From Marsupella aquatica (Eukaryota; Plantae; Marchantiophyta), in the NCBI GenBank assembly GCA_973895155.1, contig OZ316897.1:2359312-2423311 (forward strand): 64,000 bases of DNA. The letters run 5' to 3'. The notes under the pieces are model-generated. The model made no database searches. It was not told the origin of the DNA and worked only from the letters and a program-made list of their open reading frames with translations. The first letter of the stretch is position 1, and each line of letters opens with the position of its first letter. The position numbers were made by a program, and so were the translations under genes. This document shows positions 40,453 through 53,226 of the stretch, in pieces.

Positions 40453-41400
40453 TATGCATCGCATAATTATTTATTTGTGTTATCGAGGGCCTCGAAGGCT
40501 TCTTCGCATGCTTGACCAGTTCCTCAACATACATAGTGTCATCTCTATTAAATTTTAACAGCTGATTCAGCGCTAAGGGGTGATGGATGTGAATGCATGC
40601 GCTAGTGATCTTCACACACGATTCCCACAGCACAGTATTTTAAGGGCATTCTACTTGTCGTTTCCAAAACTTTACAGTCTTTGGCAACCATTCGTGGTCA
40701 TTTTTTAGATACCAAGATTTTGGGTTCCCTGATGAAAGAGCAGGTTTCAGGCATAGCATCTATCTGTCCCTGTTTCGATCACCCTCCATCACATTTTTCT
40801 GTCATTTTCGACAATATGCTGCACGTTTGACCAATTGGTTTGCTGTATTTGTGGAGCGGCCGGCACAACGAGGTACTTCCAATGAAATTTCAGCAGACCT
40901 GCTTGCTGGAAGGCCACATAAACATATTTTGAGCGACTCTTGAAGGTGTGTGCTACTGCTGTCTTGGGATATTTTAAGAATGTGATCACCTTTTTCAAAG
41001 CGGGGTCATTCCTGGGGAACTTCTCGAAATTGACACAAGGTGGTTCAATTTGCAAGGAAATTCCAGGTCGAGCAAAGCCTGTAGGCGTTTTGGATTCTTG
41101 GTACCCAGTGTATGTTAGAGAGGATAGTTTAGGTAGATGTTTTCTCCGCGTTTGTATTTGGTTTGTCAGGGATGTCAGGAATGTACTCCATGCACGGGGT
41201 AGATTCCATACACAAATTTACAGCTGTGTTCCATCCGTATGTATAATCTTGTTTAAGTTTACTACTCTAAGCTGACCGGATTAGTGACAACTGGGAGGTT
41301 GAGGTGCAGTTTAACATTCAATCTTTTATAACTTGTTGAATTTTGATGGCATCTATGGTTGAATACTGAATGCTTATTCTGAAGTCGCATATCATTGGCC

Positions 41401-41520
41401 GATTCATGCACACTTGAGGTAGATTTACAATCTCCACATGTGCTAAATTTTGAAGGGACCGATTCATGCACACTTGAGGTAGATTTACAATCTCCATGAT
41501 GTGCTAAATTTTGAAGGGAC
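41401..41520. repeat. 60-bp tandem duplication
   Basis: GATTCATGCACACTTGAGGTAGATTTACAATCTCCA..TGTGCTAAATTTTGAAGGGAC at 41401 and 41461. Confidence 0.95.
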
Positions 41521-43908
41521 AATGGCTGAATATATTGTTTTGAGGTGATTTTCACATTCTCGACAATTTGGACAAGTCTCGATAACGATTACAAAAGAGC
41601 TCTGTAACGAAATCTCCAAAATTAAAGTTACGACAATTCATCATCGTCTGATTCGAAGAAGCACGAACCTCGACTTCACCGAATGGTTCCCCACCTGGGG
41701 AATGTTGGTAGAGTGCAACTAAAGTCCTTTGACCAAGTCCATCTTTTAACGTTATGGATGACAAAGGCAGAACCTGGCTACGCTGAGCATCAAAAAGGTG
41801 GCACATCCAATCTTTCGCACCGACTCTCAGGTTTAAGAAGCTTCTTATTCCTACAACGTTCGTTTGCTATTCTAGAAGGGTTCTTAGTCCGTCGATACTC
41901 TTTAGATCTAAAAGACCGATACATGAACATCACTAGCCTTGTTCGGAAGACTCGTTTGTCATATTTTGATGACACAGTAGTAGAAGGGCAGGCATTACAA
42001 AGACTACATCAAAACGGCAATACTGACACTACTCTGTCCTATTGAACTCTACAAACATGAATGTCCATTCTTTGAATCTGAATAGACAAAAATCATCATG
42101 CATGCTTATCTTTTTTGACACACATAAGATCCCATCATTCTTTCCTTGGACATAGCTTTGGTGAACCCTGGGTGTTAGGGTCTAGAGTCTTCACTCTAGA
42201 AGCCCAGACCCCAACTCTAGGTTCTGTTCCCGAATATTAGTAAGATTGGACCGCATCGCAATTGATTGACAGCGGTCAGGGTCTTTACTCGTTTCGTGTC
42301 GATTCATTTCAATCACTCTTCCATCTGAATCTTTGGCCAACTTATCTGTTATCCATTTACTCGTTCAAAATATTACGTCCACTCTCGTTTTCATTCCAAG
42401 CTTCTTAAGGCATTACCGATAGACAAGCTACCGGAAGCACTTCTCTATTGAGTAACAGAACCTACGTCCACGATCACATACTGGTAATCCCCCAGACACC
42501 GTGAGTGTAAGCATTTGAGTTTCACAAGGGCAAATAGAAAAATTCGAGGAGCTCATCTGGATGGACAGGGTGGATACAACCCAACTGCCATTTGAGAACG
42601 GTGACAGTGAGTGGCGGTCTCAAGCATTTTCAAACTTGGAAAAAACCACCTGTTGAAGGTGGCACCATGATTCAGATCCCACACTAATTAACAACTGCCT
42701 GCATCGCTTGCGCATAACTATGCCACATCTCTTTCCCTCTTCGCAATTGAACAGTATTCGGTCCTGCACATGATTCGAAACAAACTGCCAAAATGAGCCC
42801 TACCGAAAACCCACTGGTCTAGGTCTGGTCATGCATTTAATCGATTTCCCCCATCGCGAGAATGGTTAGTTCTAAACTAATACTGAAAATTGAAGTCAAC
42901 TTTAGAAAGACGAGAGGCTGAAGTCGAATGCATATTATTCAAAGTCATATTCCCAAAATTGCGTATGCAAAAAGCAACAGTTGACTGTTTCTATCCCATT
43001 TCCCCAGTACTGAAGTGCAGCACCGGTCAGATACGGAATACTCCCTCTTAAAATGAACACACATACACAATAGCCTGCAACAATCTTGGCTACCGCTGGA
43101 CGCGGACCTTAAATGAAAGAACGCAGTCCACTTCAAGGTACGTACTACTAAGCTAACAAGCGAACAACTTACATAAATCTGATGGATGCTCTTCAAGAAA
43201 ATTCGGGTGGCCCTTCGGTAGCGACTTGAGTGATAGGTTCTTCCCAGGGATTGACGCCAACAAACTCCAACTGTTGACCAGCGAAGATAGGGACTCGCGT
43301 TGAAACCCCATTACAGCCAAAACTTGAAATTGTGAGCAATTGGGAAACCCTCCATACACTTGTCGCAACCAACAAACAGTTGATCTTCAAGACAAACACT
43401 GCAGACCGTGAAATGAATGACGAATGGCCACCTCTAGTCTCCAAAGCCCTTATGATATTTCTCAATACTCGCATTGTACAAAGGCACAGTGTCAAGCCAC
43501 CATCCACTAATCATGTACGTGGTGTTCTCCACCAGCTTGACCGACCCTAGACTTCACAGCCGGTCGGTGATCGGAAGCTACACAAGAGTAGATTGGTCAC
43601 CAACGGGGAAACCCTCATTTTTCTCCCGCCTGTCAGAAAAGCTATTAGAATCTAGCCATATTCGTCCCTAACCGGCGGTCCCACGGACGACCACTCATCA
43701 ATCAGGTCGAGGCTCTACTGACAGTTCCGAATGACCAACACGCCAGCATGTGTTCTTCAATTGGCCAACGAAAAAGGCGCTCGAGTTTCTGCTCAAAGGG
43801 TAGTGTTATACATGAATTATAAAGAAACACCCCTGAACTACAAACAGGGCTTTCCTTGCATTTGTCAATCGTTCTTACAAGGCAAAGAGAGACCTCTAAG
43901 CCCCCCGT

Positions 43909-45366
43909 CTACAAAACATCTCCTGTCATGAATCGGTGGTTAAGGACAGCCTCGGCTGTTGGTCTCATCCGAAAATTTGGATTGAGCAAAGCCTGCAGCA
44001 GTTGCCATCCAGCCCCATCATCCAAGTCCAGGAATTGGACAGCCTGCACCCATCGATCATCTGCCATGAAGTATTCTCGAGCAGTGCTTAAATCCAGGCG
44101 GAAAGTATTCTCCAATAGCCTCTGGAGAGACGGTCCATCCAAACTCCCAGGTTCAGAAAGAGAGATGAAAATCACATATGCGAACAGCAGACCAGCTGCA
44201 TACATGTCATCTGCTATCCCGAAAATTTTCTTTTCTCTAGGAGTGCTTGCCCCTGCCAAAGCTGCTCTCCTCCACAAATCTGCAGCAAGAGTTGCCATGG
44301 GTGATTCAGACTGTAGATCCCTTAGGTCTGCAACAGAGCTCACCCTTTCGAGTGACTCCACTGGCTTTGGACTCCCCTGGATGCCCTGATCACTCACATC
44401 CACGGAAAATGCCAAATCTCTTAGTTGAGGAACTAAATACTGAACATCTCTCTCCTCCATGGTGTTGAGGATGATGGAGGCAGGGCCCAAACTCTGGTGA
44501 AGTAGGTTATTTGAATGCATGTAAGCCAACCCAGTAAATGCTCCTCTCAGCAGCTTGATTACGAACACTTGCCTCCTCCGAATTGGCCTCTCCAAGTCAA
44601 ATCGGTCCCAGAAATCCCATTCACCCACCGCTCTTTGCTCAATTGTTGCCTTACCGGCTGCCTTGGCATAATCTACAGCTGTGACTTGCCCCCTGTCTTG
44701 AAAGACCAGCCACTGTTCCCCAACCCTGGTCCGAAATCCACCATAACAATAAGCAACATTTCTCGGAGCTCCACTGGGTGCTGCATCCTGCAGAGTAGCA
44801 TGGGAGATAAGCTCATTCGTGGCCATAATGTCCACCTCAGCACCTCTTGCGGTCATTCCCTCTGTACCTCGGGCTGTGATTCCAGGATAAGCCTTCAACA
44901 GCACTCTGGTGCCCATCTGGTCCCCACGGCAAATTCGTCCGGAATAAAACCTAGTTTGGATCCCTCCCTCTCCCATCTCCGGCCCTCTCATTTGCATCAC
45001 GTCCCTCCGGTTGTACCCGGCAGCAAAGTTGTCCCCCACCCCTCCCAAACTCCTACCGGATTGCGGAGGCCCATAGCTGGAGATGTTCATGTACCCATAC
45101 GTGGACAGCAAGCGGAGGACTTCGAAGTCGTTCGAGTCGAATTTCCGCACGGAATTCACAATTGCGAGCTCAAACTTGCCATGACGAACTCTCCCTAAAT
45201 TGCTCGGCTGTGAAATCCTCCGAACGATAGAGTTTTCAGGATGCCCGGACTGTAAGAATGAAGACGGATGAACACTCGGTTGTCCCCCCACACTGCTGTT
45301 CCAGATTTGGCCTCCAGAGAAGGCAATGCTGCAGCAAACACCACCTCGGATGGACAGTGCAGCCAT
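43909..45366 (-). CDS. Intronless plastid-targeted protein kinase-like protein (STN7/STN8-related fold, probable pseudokinase), 485 aa
   Basis: Ser-rich transit-peptide-like N-terminus; VLLK, QWLVF, GLAYMH..HQSLGP, DLAF, DDMYAAGL, GAGWQLLQALL..RPTAEAVLNHRF. Confidence 0.88.
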   Translation of the reverse strand: MAALSIRGGVCCSIAFSGGQIWNSSVGGQPSVHPSSFLQSGHPENSIVRRISQPSNLGRVRHGKFELAIVNSVRKFDSNDFEVLRLLSTYGYMNISSYGPPQSGRSLGGVGDNFAAGYNRRDVMQMRGPEMGEGGIQTRFYSGRICRGDQMGTRVLLKAYPGITARGTEGMTARGAEVDIMATNELISHATLQDAAPSGAPRNVAYCYGGFRTRVGEQWLVFQDRGQVTAVDYAKAAGKATIEQRAVGEWDFWDRFDLERPIRRRQVFVIKLLRGAFTGLAYMHSNNLLHQSLGPASIILNTMEERDVQYLVPQLRDLAFSVDVSDQGIQGSPKPVESLERVSSVADLRDLQSESPMATLAADLWRRAALAGASTPREKKIFGIADDMYAAGLLFAYVIFISLSEPGSLDGPSLQRLLENTFRLDLSTAREYFMADDRWVQAVQFLDLDDGAGWQLLQALLNPNFRMRPTAEAVLNHRFMTGDVL

Positions 45367-47661
45367 GGCCGATCAACCAACCGGACACGACCCCAATGGA
45401 CAGGTGCTAGAGTCTTTGTGTTGCTATTAGAAGAAACAAACCAGTTGAGGTTGGCCACCACAATGTCGCAGCCTTGGATTCAGTGCTTTGATGTGGAACT
45501 GAAGACTCCGAGCGAAGACACCACGACTAAGAAAACTGGCAAAAGATTTTTGCAAAGTGTTGGCACGAGAATTCTGCAAACTGTGGCCGCACGGAGAATT
45601 CTGCATGTGTGAAGCGTAGGAGAAATTAATGGCGATCAGCAGACCGACTCACCCACTCTCTGAACGACAGAGCAATCCTGATGAGGCCCTCAGAGAGCGA
45701 CGTGCGGAGCCGTCGCGAGATGACGCTCATAACAGGCGGCCGAACGGGCTGAGAAACTACACGAGATTATAAATGGTCGCAGCACTAGAGGGCGATGAGC
45801 AGAGTCGTCAGCAATCAAGTTAACTGACAGTGCATTTACCGCACTGCAAAGGGAAGAACATCAGAAAGTGCTGGGCGAGTACTGTAACCGGACCTATAAA
45901 CGACGGGGGAAACGGTGGACCCTGACCACGTGTTGGAGATTGGGGTTTGGACTTTTTACCGTAGATGAGGGAGTGGACAGTGCTGCCTTGTCACTTTGCA
46001 TGTCAACAAGGTAACCGATGATGGATTCCTGGAATTATGCTCACCTGGTAAAAGTTGGGGTTGTCGGTTTTGTCACTCCGCGGCTCCACCTCTTGTGCAC
46101 CCAGCGAGGTTTGACCTTGCAGGCTTGAAACGCTGACGCCTTCCGCCCTCCCAGCATCTCCTGCCCGTCGCACTCCCCGAGCAGTCCGTTCAAGACAACA
46201 TTATTAGAGCAGAACAGATGATTTGGGGCCAGAATAGGAAGCGCCACCTCTCGAGGAGCTAACGAGAGTCAATAAACGTCAGCAGACTGCCACGAAAAAT
46301 GGATGGAAATTAGAGTCATATTGCAAATTCATGGACAATTGTATGTAATACCTGTGGATTCGGTGTGGGATTGCTTCCATTTACGTCTGTAACTGTTGTT
46401 TAGTTGTTTCTGTTTCTGAGAAGATTCTGCCAACTGGATGGAGAGAGTCAACGTGGTTAAGGATTTGGAGACGGCCTTCTACAGATTTTTTTTGTTTTCA
46501 TTGCTCTCTAATTTTCGCTCCGGCTTAAAACAATCTACTGAGAGCATAGCAAGCTAGACAACTCGGAACAAATTCCATAAAGATGTGCATTTCTCTACGT
46601 GAGCTTTCTGAAGGAGAATGGAGCCTCAAGCACCAAGAACTTGTCATCACCGGGATAACCACCCTACACAAGATATTTATTGTGGACTGCATCTGCTGTC
46701 CCTGCAACTTCCACTGCCATATACTTTTCTCGCAATGGTGGCTGAGCTGACAAGTCTGTTCCTGGCAATTCTTGAAATAGATACTCGAATCTGAGGCTTC
46801 CAGGTCTGCCCCGTCAACGTCCTCCCAACTGAGCTGTCCCGCTTCTTTGCGCCACGCTCCCGGATTTTGCGAGATCGAGCGTCACTGCTGGGAATGTGAA
46901 GGACGACAACTCGTTCTGTAGTCTCGTCAGAGAGACTAGAGACGCTCAAATAGAGATACTCAGAAGTGCTGTGTATGAGGAGGAGAAGACTGTTACAAGC
47001 TCAGGCATGGAACTGCCATTGATTACGGACGCGGTTTGCGGACATCTAACAACGTCTTGATCTGACGCCGCAGTTAAAGGAATCCGTCAGCAACTTTGAA
47101 GCCTAGAACTCATGACAGAATTAAACGGCTAGGTAGACGAGAACTTGAGTTTTTTCTGTGAGCACAATTGGGTTGTGAGTTGAAGCTGTTCTTATCGATC
47201 ATCTCCTGTCAATTTCTCTCTCCGACGAATCCAGCCTAGAACTCGATCCGCATGTACTGACAGCCTGGTTGAGACATTGTTGCTGCCATTTGCAATTTGT
47301 GTAGCCGACGACGTGGAGCAAGGGCACTGAGACGGCGGTAGCGCCACTCCTCCTATTCCAATATTGTTTATGCACTGCGGTTTTCTGGCACTCGAATTCA
47401 AATACTTCGAGTGAACAACTAGGCGAAATTCTGTGCTCTCTTCGGGAGTGTAACATATCTGCTCTTCTTCCTCAATCAGGAAACTATGTCTCCACGCACA
47501 TTGATCAGCTCTTTCTCGTCACAAGTGCAGAATGGTGATGTCCATTGGAGAGGAAGAGGAAGGAAGTTCCTTCGAGGCTTTTGTTGGCACAGGCCATTCC
47601 ACGTTTTCGTACAGCCGTGCGCACAACATGATTTTAGAGGCATTTCTCGTGATCGAGGTCT

Positions 47662-48015
47662 CCCAATTTACCATCAAAAATTTGTGGAACGAGGAAAAAC
47701 AGGACCAGTTCAATAAAAAGGGCCAAACAAAGTACAATGGGAGGAAAAGCTACAAAGGTCTGGTCTAATTCAAAGGTAGAGCAAAGATTAACCCCAACAA
47801 CCTACAAAGGCAAAACTAAAACCCAATTTACCATCAAAAATTTGTGGAACGAGGAAAAACAGGACCAGTTCACTAAAAAGGGCCAAACAAAGTACAATGG
47901 GAGGAAATGCTAAAAAGGTCTGGTTCATACTCAAAGGTAGAGCAAATATTAACCCCAACAACCTACAAAGGAAAAAATAAAAGAGAAACACTCCCCCAAC
48001 CTACAAAGGCAAAAA
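47662..48015. repeat. 160-bp tandem duplication plus a partial third unit
   Basis: CCCAATTTACCATCAAAAATTTGTGGAACGAGG... at 47662 and 47822; CAACCTACAAAGG occurs three times. Confidence 0.9.
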
Positions 48016-48419
48016 TAAAAGTTAAATACTTAACAATAGAGTCAATAGTGCTTATTTATTGTGCTCTTGGTTGTGTGTCATATTTTCCCAACACTTTGGT
48101 CTTCTTGAGTTTATGGGTCTCTTGCCTTTGGGATCTCATCTCATCTCCCCATGCCATATGCCACATTTTGATATATAGATACTTGTGATTGGTACCCATA
48201 AACTCAAGAAAACCAAAGGGTGTTTTTCGATGTAACCTTAATATTTTTGGAGTTAAATATATACAATCATATACTTATGGTTCAAGAAACAAGCCCCAAC
48301 CTCTAGTACATGCTTGCAAGATAAAGTTTCAACTAAGATTTGGTAAAGATAAAAAAAAACCTATAACTAGCCTGGTAATTGAAATGCAACCTGGTGATGT
48401 GAAGTTTTATCTCACTTAT

Positions 48420-48763
48420 TGTTGAGCATAGACGACATTTGCAACGACAAGCCCATGAACCATCCAACGCACAATAGTCGACACAGAGAGATACGTGGTT
48501 CACCTCCACATGAGGCTACGTCCACGGGAACACACAAGAGCTTTACTGCACTCTAGACCAACCGGCCATACCAAGCATCCACAGCACAAGCTCTCCCTAT
48601 CTCTCAACTAGCTCTGTAACAATGAGCCTAAGTTCCACCAGGGTCTGGCATCAGCCCTGGCTATATACACAACAACACTACCGCTAACATTAGCTAAGTT
48701 CTAACCTGAGTTAGACTAACTGTGGTTAGCTCATGAGTCACAAGACTAGAGCAATATCTAACA
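48420..48763 (-). repeat. 3' LTR of Copia copy 2
   Basis: 344 bp, TG...CA, next to the PPT. Confidence 0.97.
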
Positions 48764-48960
48764 AACTCCCCCTTGACTCTTGTCTTGGGGACTGAACCAT
48801 ATGGAATCCTCAGCGGGAAGTTCTAGACAATCACCAAACCAGGTCTCCCCCTAAAAACCACAAGGGTTAACTAAGGGTTAACTAGAACTAAGCCGTAGCC
48901 AAACAAGAATGAGTAATCCATATACAAATAGTCACACATTGCTAAATAACTCTACTTGCA

Positions 48961-51900
48961 TTACAACTGCAAAACCTGCAAAGTAGCACGGTGTCTTGAG
49001 AAACTCTCCAAAGGAATCACTTGGTAAAGGCATCAGCGGGATTGAGCTTTCCATCAATCTTGACTAGCTCAAAAGTTTTATCAGACACTGCTTGCCTGAT
49101 AAAATGGTACCTAATATCAATGTGCTTCACCCTACTATCCATCACCTGGTTAGCAGCCAAGTGAAGAGCACTCTGACTATCACAGTTTAGAGTCATTTTT
49201 CCATGCTCTAAACCCATCTCCGTGATCAACTTATCCAACCAAATTGCTTCCTTTGCTGCTTTTGCTGCTGCAACATACTCTGCTTCTGTAGTAGACTGAG
49301 AAATGCACTTCTGCAAGGTAGATTTCCAACTGATACATCCTCCTCCAAGAGTGTAGACCTCCTTGTATCCAGACAGCCTCCATAGTCAGAATCTACATAG
49401 CCAACTAACGTTCTATTTTATCTGTTATCAAATAGTAATCCATAGTCCTGTGTTCCCTTCAGATACATGAGAATCTACTTCACAGCTTCCCAATGTACCT
49501 TCCCTGGATTTGACATGAATCTGCTAACCTTGCCCATCGCTAGGGCCAAGTCAAGCCTAGTACAAGTCATCAAATATATCAGACTGTCTACTGCCTTCTC
49601 ATAAGGAATCTTAGCCATCAGACCTTTCTCCACAGCATCCGTAGGAGAGAAAGCTGATGATAACTTGAAATGTGAAGCTAAAGGAATACTCACTGGCTTA
49701 CAGTTTTCCATGTTGAATCGTGCCAGTACCTTCTTCGCATACTGGCCTTGACTCAAGCACAACTGTCCAGTATCAGAGTTCCTAAAAATCTCCATCCCTA
49801 AGATCCTCTTGGCCTTACCAAGATCCTTCATCCTGAATTCAGCACTCAATTTTGCCTTGAGACTGTCAACCTCAAATTGATCTTTAGCCACAATCAGCAT
49901 GTCATCCACATAGATCACCAGAATGATGAAACCAAATACATCATTCTTGATTGATTTTGTATACACACAAGGATCATACACCATCCTTGTAAAACCTTGA
50001 GCAAGCATGAAATCATCAAACCGCTTGTTCCACTGTCTGGGAGACTGCTTCAATTCATACAAGGACTTGAGCAATCTGCAAACTAACTTCTCTTGGCCCT
50101 TCTTCATAAAACCTAGTGGCTGTCTCATGAAGATCAACTCTTCCAAGCTGCCATAGAGAAAAGTTGTAACAACATCCATCTGATCCATCACCAGACCAAA
50201 AAATACAACAAACTGACACAAGATCCGTATTGTGGAATACTTAGCCACCGGTGAAAAGACCTCATTGTAGTCCACTCCTTTCTCCTGAGTGAACCCCTTG
50301 GCAACAAGCCTTGCCTTGTAGATCTTATCTCCACCCTCTGAAGGACTGTCCTTCAACTTGTAAATCCACGTGCTGTCCACCACTTGTTGACCTCTTGGAA
50401 GCTCCACCAGCTCCCATGTCTTGTTGTCACTCAAAGATTGCAACTTCCTCTGCATTGCTGCATTCCACTCATGCTTCTGCTCTGAACTACAAGCCTCACT
50501 GTACAAAGAAGGCTCTCCTTCTTCCAAGATCAAAGCCATGTCATCTTCATCAGGTGCAATGTCAATATCATCTAGCTTAGATGAGTCTGCCCATTGACCA
50601 TACTTGGTAGGAGCTCTAGTAGAACGACTAGAAGTTCTTCTAGTAGATGACTCAGACTGATCTGCTGCTACTGGTCGAATTTGAGGTACCCCAACAATAA
50701 TCTGCTCCTCTTGTTCCATCACAGGAACCAGCTCCAAACCCGAAGCTTCTCCATCTCTCCTATCATGAACTGCATCATGACTAATCTCCCCCTCAACCCG
50801 GTCCGGGATGGGAGATTTCCCCTTGTCAGTATGGAAGTCCTGAGAACTCTCCCCCTCCTTTGATGATTTGGACTCATTAAAGGACACATCTCTACTAATA
50901 ATTAGCTTACAGGTTACTGGATCCCATAACCTATAACCCTTCACACCTTTCTCATAGCCAAGGAAAATGCACTTCTTCGACTTGGACTCCAGCTTGGATC
51001 AAAGCTAGGAAGGTGTAGGCACATAAACATCACATCCAAAAATCCTCAGATGTGAGTAATCTGCTGGACGCCCGTACCTCATTTCAAATGACGTCTTGAA
51101 TCCAATAGAACTGGATGGAGAAAAATTTACCAAATAAGCTGCAGTGTTGACAGTTTCAGCCCAAAACTCATGTGGTAAGCATGATTGACTCAACATACTC
51201 CTCGAGCGGTCCAATAGTGTTTGGTTGAGTCTCTCAAAAACACCATTATGTTGAGGAGTATAACTTGTTGTGAGATGGCGGGTAATCCCCTGCTCCTTAC
51301 AATACATTCTAAATTCCCCAAAACTGTATTCACCGCCGTTATCCGATCGAAGATATCTCACCTTATTACCAGTCTGATTCTCTACTTAGGCTTTCCACTC
51401 CTTAAAAGTGGCAAAAACATCAGACTTATTGTGTAGAAAGTATATCCACACATACCATGAGTAATCGTCTATGAACGTGACATAGTATAACCGTCCAGAA
51501 TGTGAGGGAGTAGGGGCTGGACCCCACACATCACTATATACATACTCAAGTACCTCCTTGCTGGTGTGAGTTCCAACTCCGAAGGGTTTCCTATGCTGCT
51601 TCCCTAGCACACAGTGCTCACAAAATTCTAACTTACAAGATTGCAAATTAGAAAGTAATCCTTTCTTTTGAAGAATAACCAAACTTTTTTCACTCATGTG
51701 GCCCAAACGGAAGTGCCACAGCCGGGCCGTCTCTCATGAGATAAGGTTACATTGGCTTGATCACAGACTACACTGCCCTCCAAAACGTATAGATTACTAT
51801 GTCTCTTTCCCTTCAATACAACTTTAGTACCAGTTGAAACCTGAAGGACACCATTAGAAGAACTCCACTGATGGCCATTTGCTTCTAAAACTCCAAGTGA

Positions 51901-53226
51901 AATGAGATTTTTCATCATGCTGGGAATATGTCTCACATTCCTCAACGTTCTCATATCACCATCAAACATATGAAATCTTACAGATCCAAGTCCAACAACT
52001 TGACATGGGATTCCATTTCCCATCAACACTGACCCATTGGAAATCGTGTAAGAACTAAAAAAATCTTTCCTAGAGAAAATGTGAAAAGTACATGCACTAT
52101 CTAGAATCCAGTCATCACTACCTGGATTTGACACTACGTTGAGAGCATAACCTTGACATCACAATATGTCATCATCATTGAGTAAATCTACCTCATGCAA
52201 GCTCGATGCCGTGTTAGCAGAGGCAGTAGGGACCTTTACTCGACAATCCCTTTTCATGTGGCCAAGCTTGCCACAATTCCAACATGCAAGAGGCTTTCTC
52301 TCTTGCGATTTCCCTCTGGATTTAGATCTCCCCCGTGATGTAGATCTAAACCTGTTCTGCCCATTCGTGCACTGCGTTGCTCTTCCCCTGTTCACATTGA
52401 GTGTAGTGCCAGAAGAAGATGTTGTCTGTGATTGACCCAGCTTCTTCTGAGCATCATCAGACAGTAAAGAGCTCACCACCTCATTATACAAAATGGACTT
52501 CAGATCTCTGTACAACAACACCTGTTTCAAGCCCTGATATGACAGCGGTAAGGAGCTTAGCAGAAGCAAGGCCTTATCCTCATCTTCAACTCCTTTTCTC
52601 AAGTTTGACAGATCCACCACCCCGTCCACCGCTAGACTGTCAAATTCATCCAGGTGATCCTGCATCTTGCTCCCTTCCTTGAGCCTAAGGCTCATCAAGA
52701 GAGACTTCTTGTACAGTCGGTCTGACGCATCTTTCCGGTAGTATTTCTCTCTAAGAGCCTTGAACAGTGACGCGCAATCCGCATAATCATCCAGCTGCTT
52801 GATGATGTGCGGCTTGAGATATAGCATCATTGCATTGATAGCAATCACTTGCTCCTGTCTCCACTGCCTCACTGAAATCTCCTCCTCTCCATCATACTGC
52901 TCTCGCGATGAAAGTAGATGAGCTAAGCCCATGGCCCGTAGAACACCCTTCACTTGCTTCTTCCACAGCAAGTAATCAGTACAACCATCGTACTTCTCCA
53001 CCTCAAACTTCACTCCTCCGAATCTAGCCATCTCCCTCTTTTTCCCTACTACCGACAGCTCTGGTAGTAGTACAACTTCCTCCACTGCACGCCGCACTGG
53101 TGATCTTACCGGTGTCACTAGTTCCTCCTCAAACGGTAGCAGCTCTTTCTCAGACTCTCCATCTGACCGTCGCGATCCTGAAGCTCCACCCACGCCAATT
53201 CTTCCAGTATCCTCCGAGTCACTCAT
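48961..53226 (-). pseudogene. Disrupted gag-pol polyprotein, Copia copy 2
   Basis: ORFs 52159-53235 (Gag, CWNCGKLGHMKRDC), 51694-52134 (protease WILDSAC), 51005-51706 (integrase), 49475-50944 (RT YVDD), 49017-49316 (RNase H STTEAEYVA). Stops and frameshifts, plus a ~16-bp deletion near 49350 relative to copy 1. Confidence 0.95.

Noticed and set aside
44515-45198. 227-aa + strand ORF
   Set aside because: Antisense shadow of the kinase-like CDS; no motifs.
45672-45770. Hammerhead-ribozyme-like CTGATGA-GGCC...GGCC-GAA
   Set aside because: The core reads GAAC rather than GAAA, stems I and III pair poorly, and stem II would enclose about 50 nt; probably chance.
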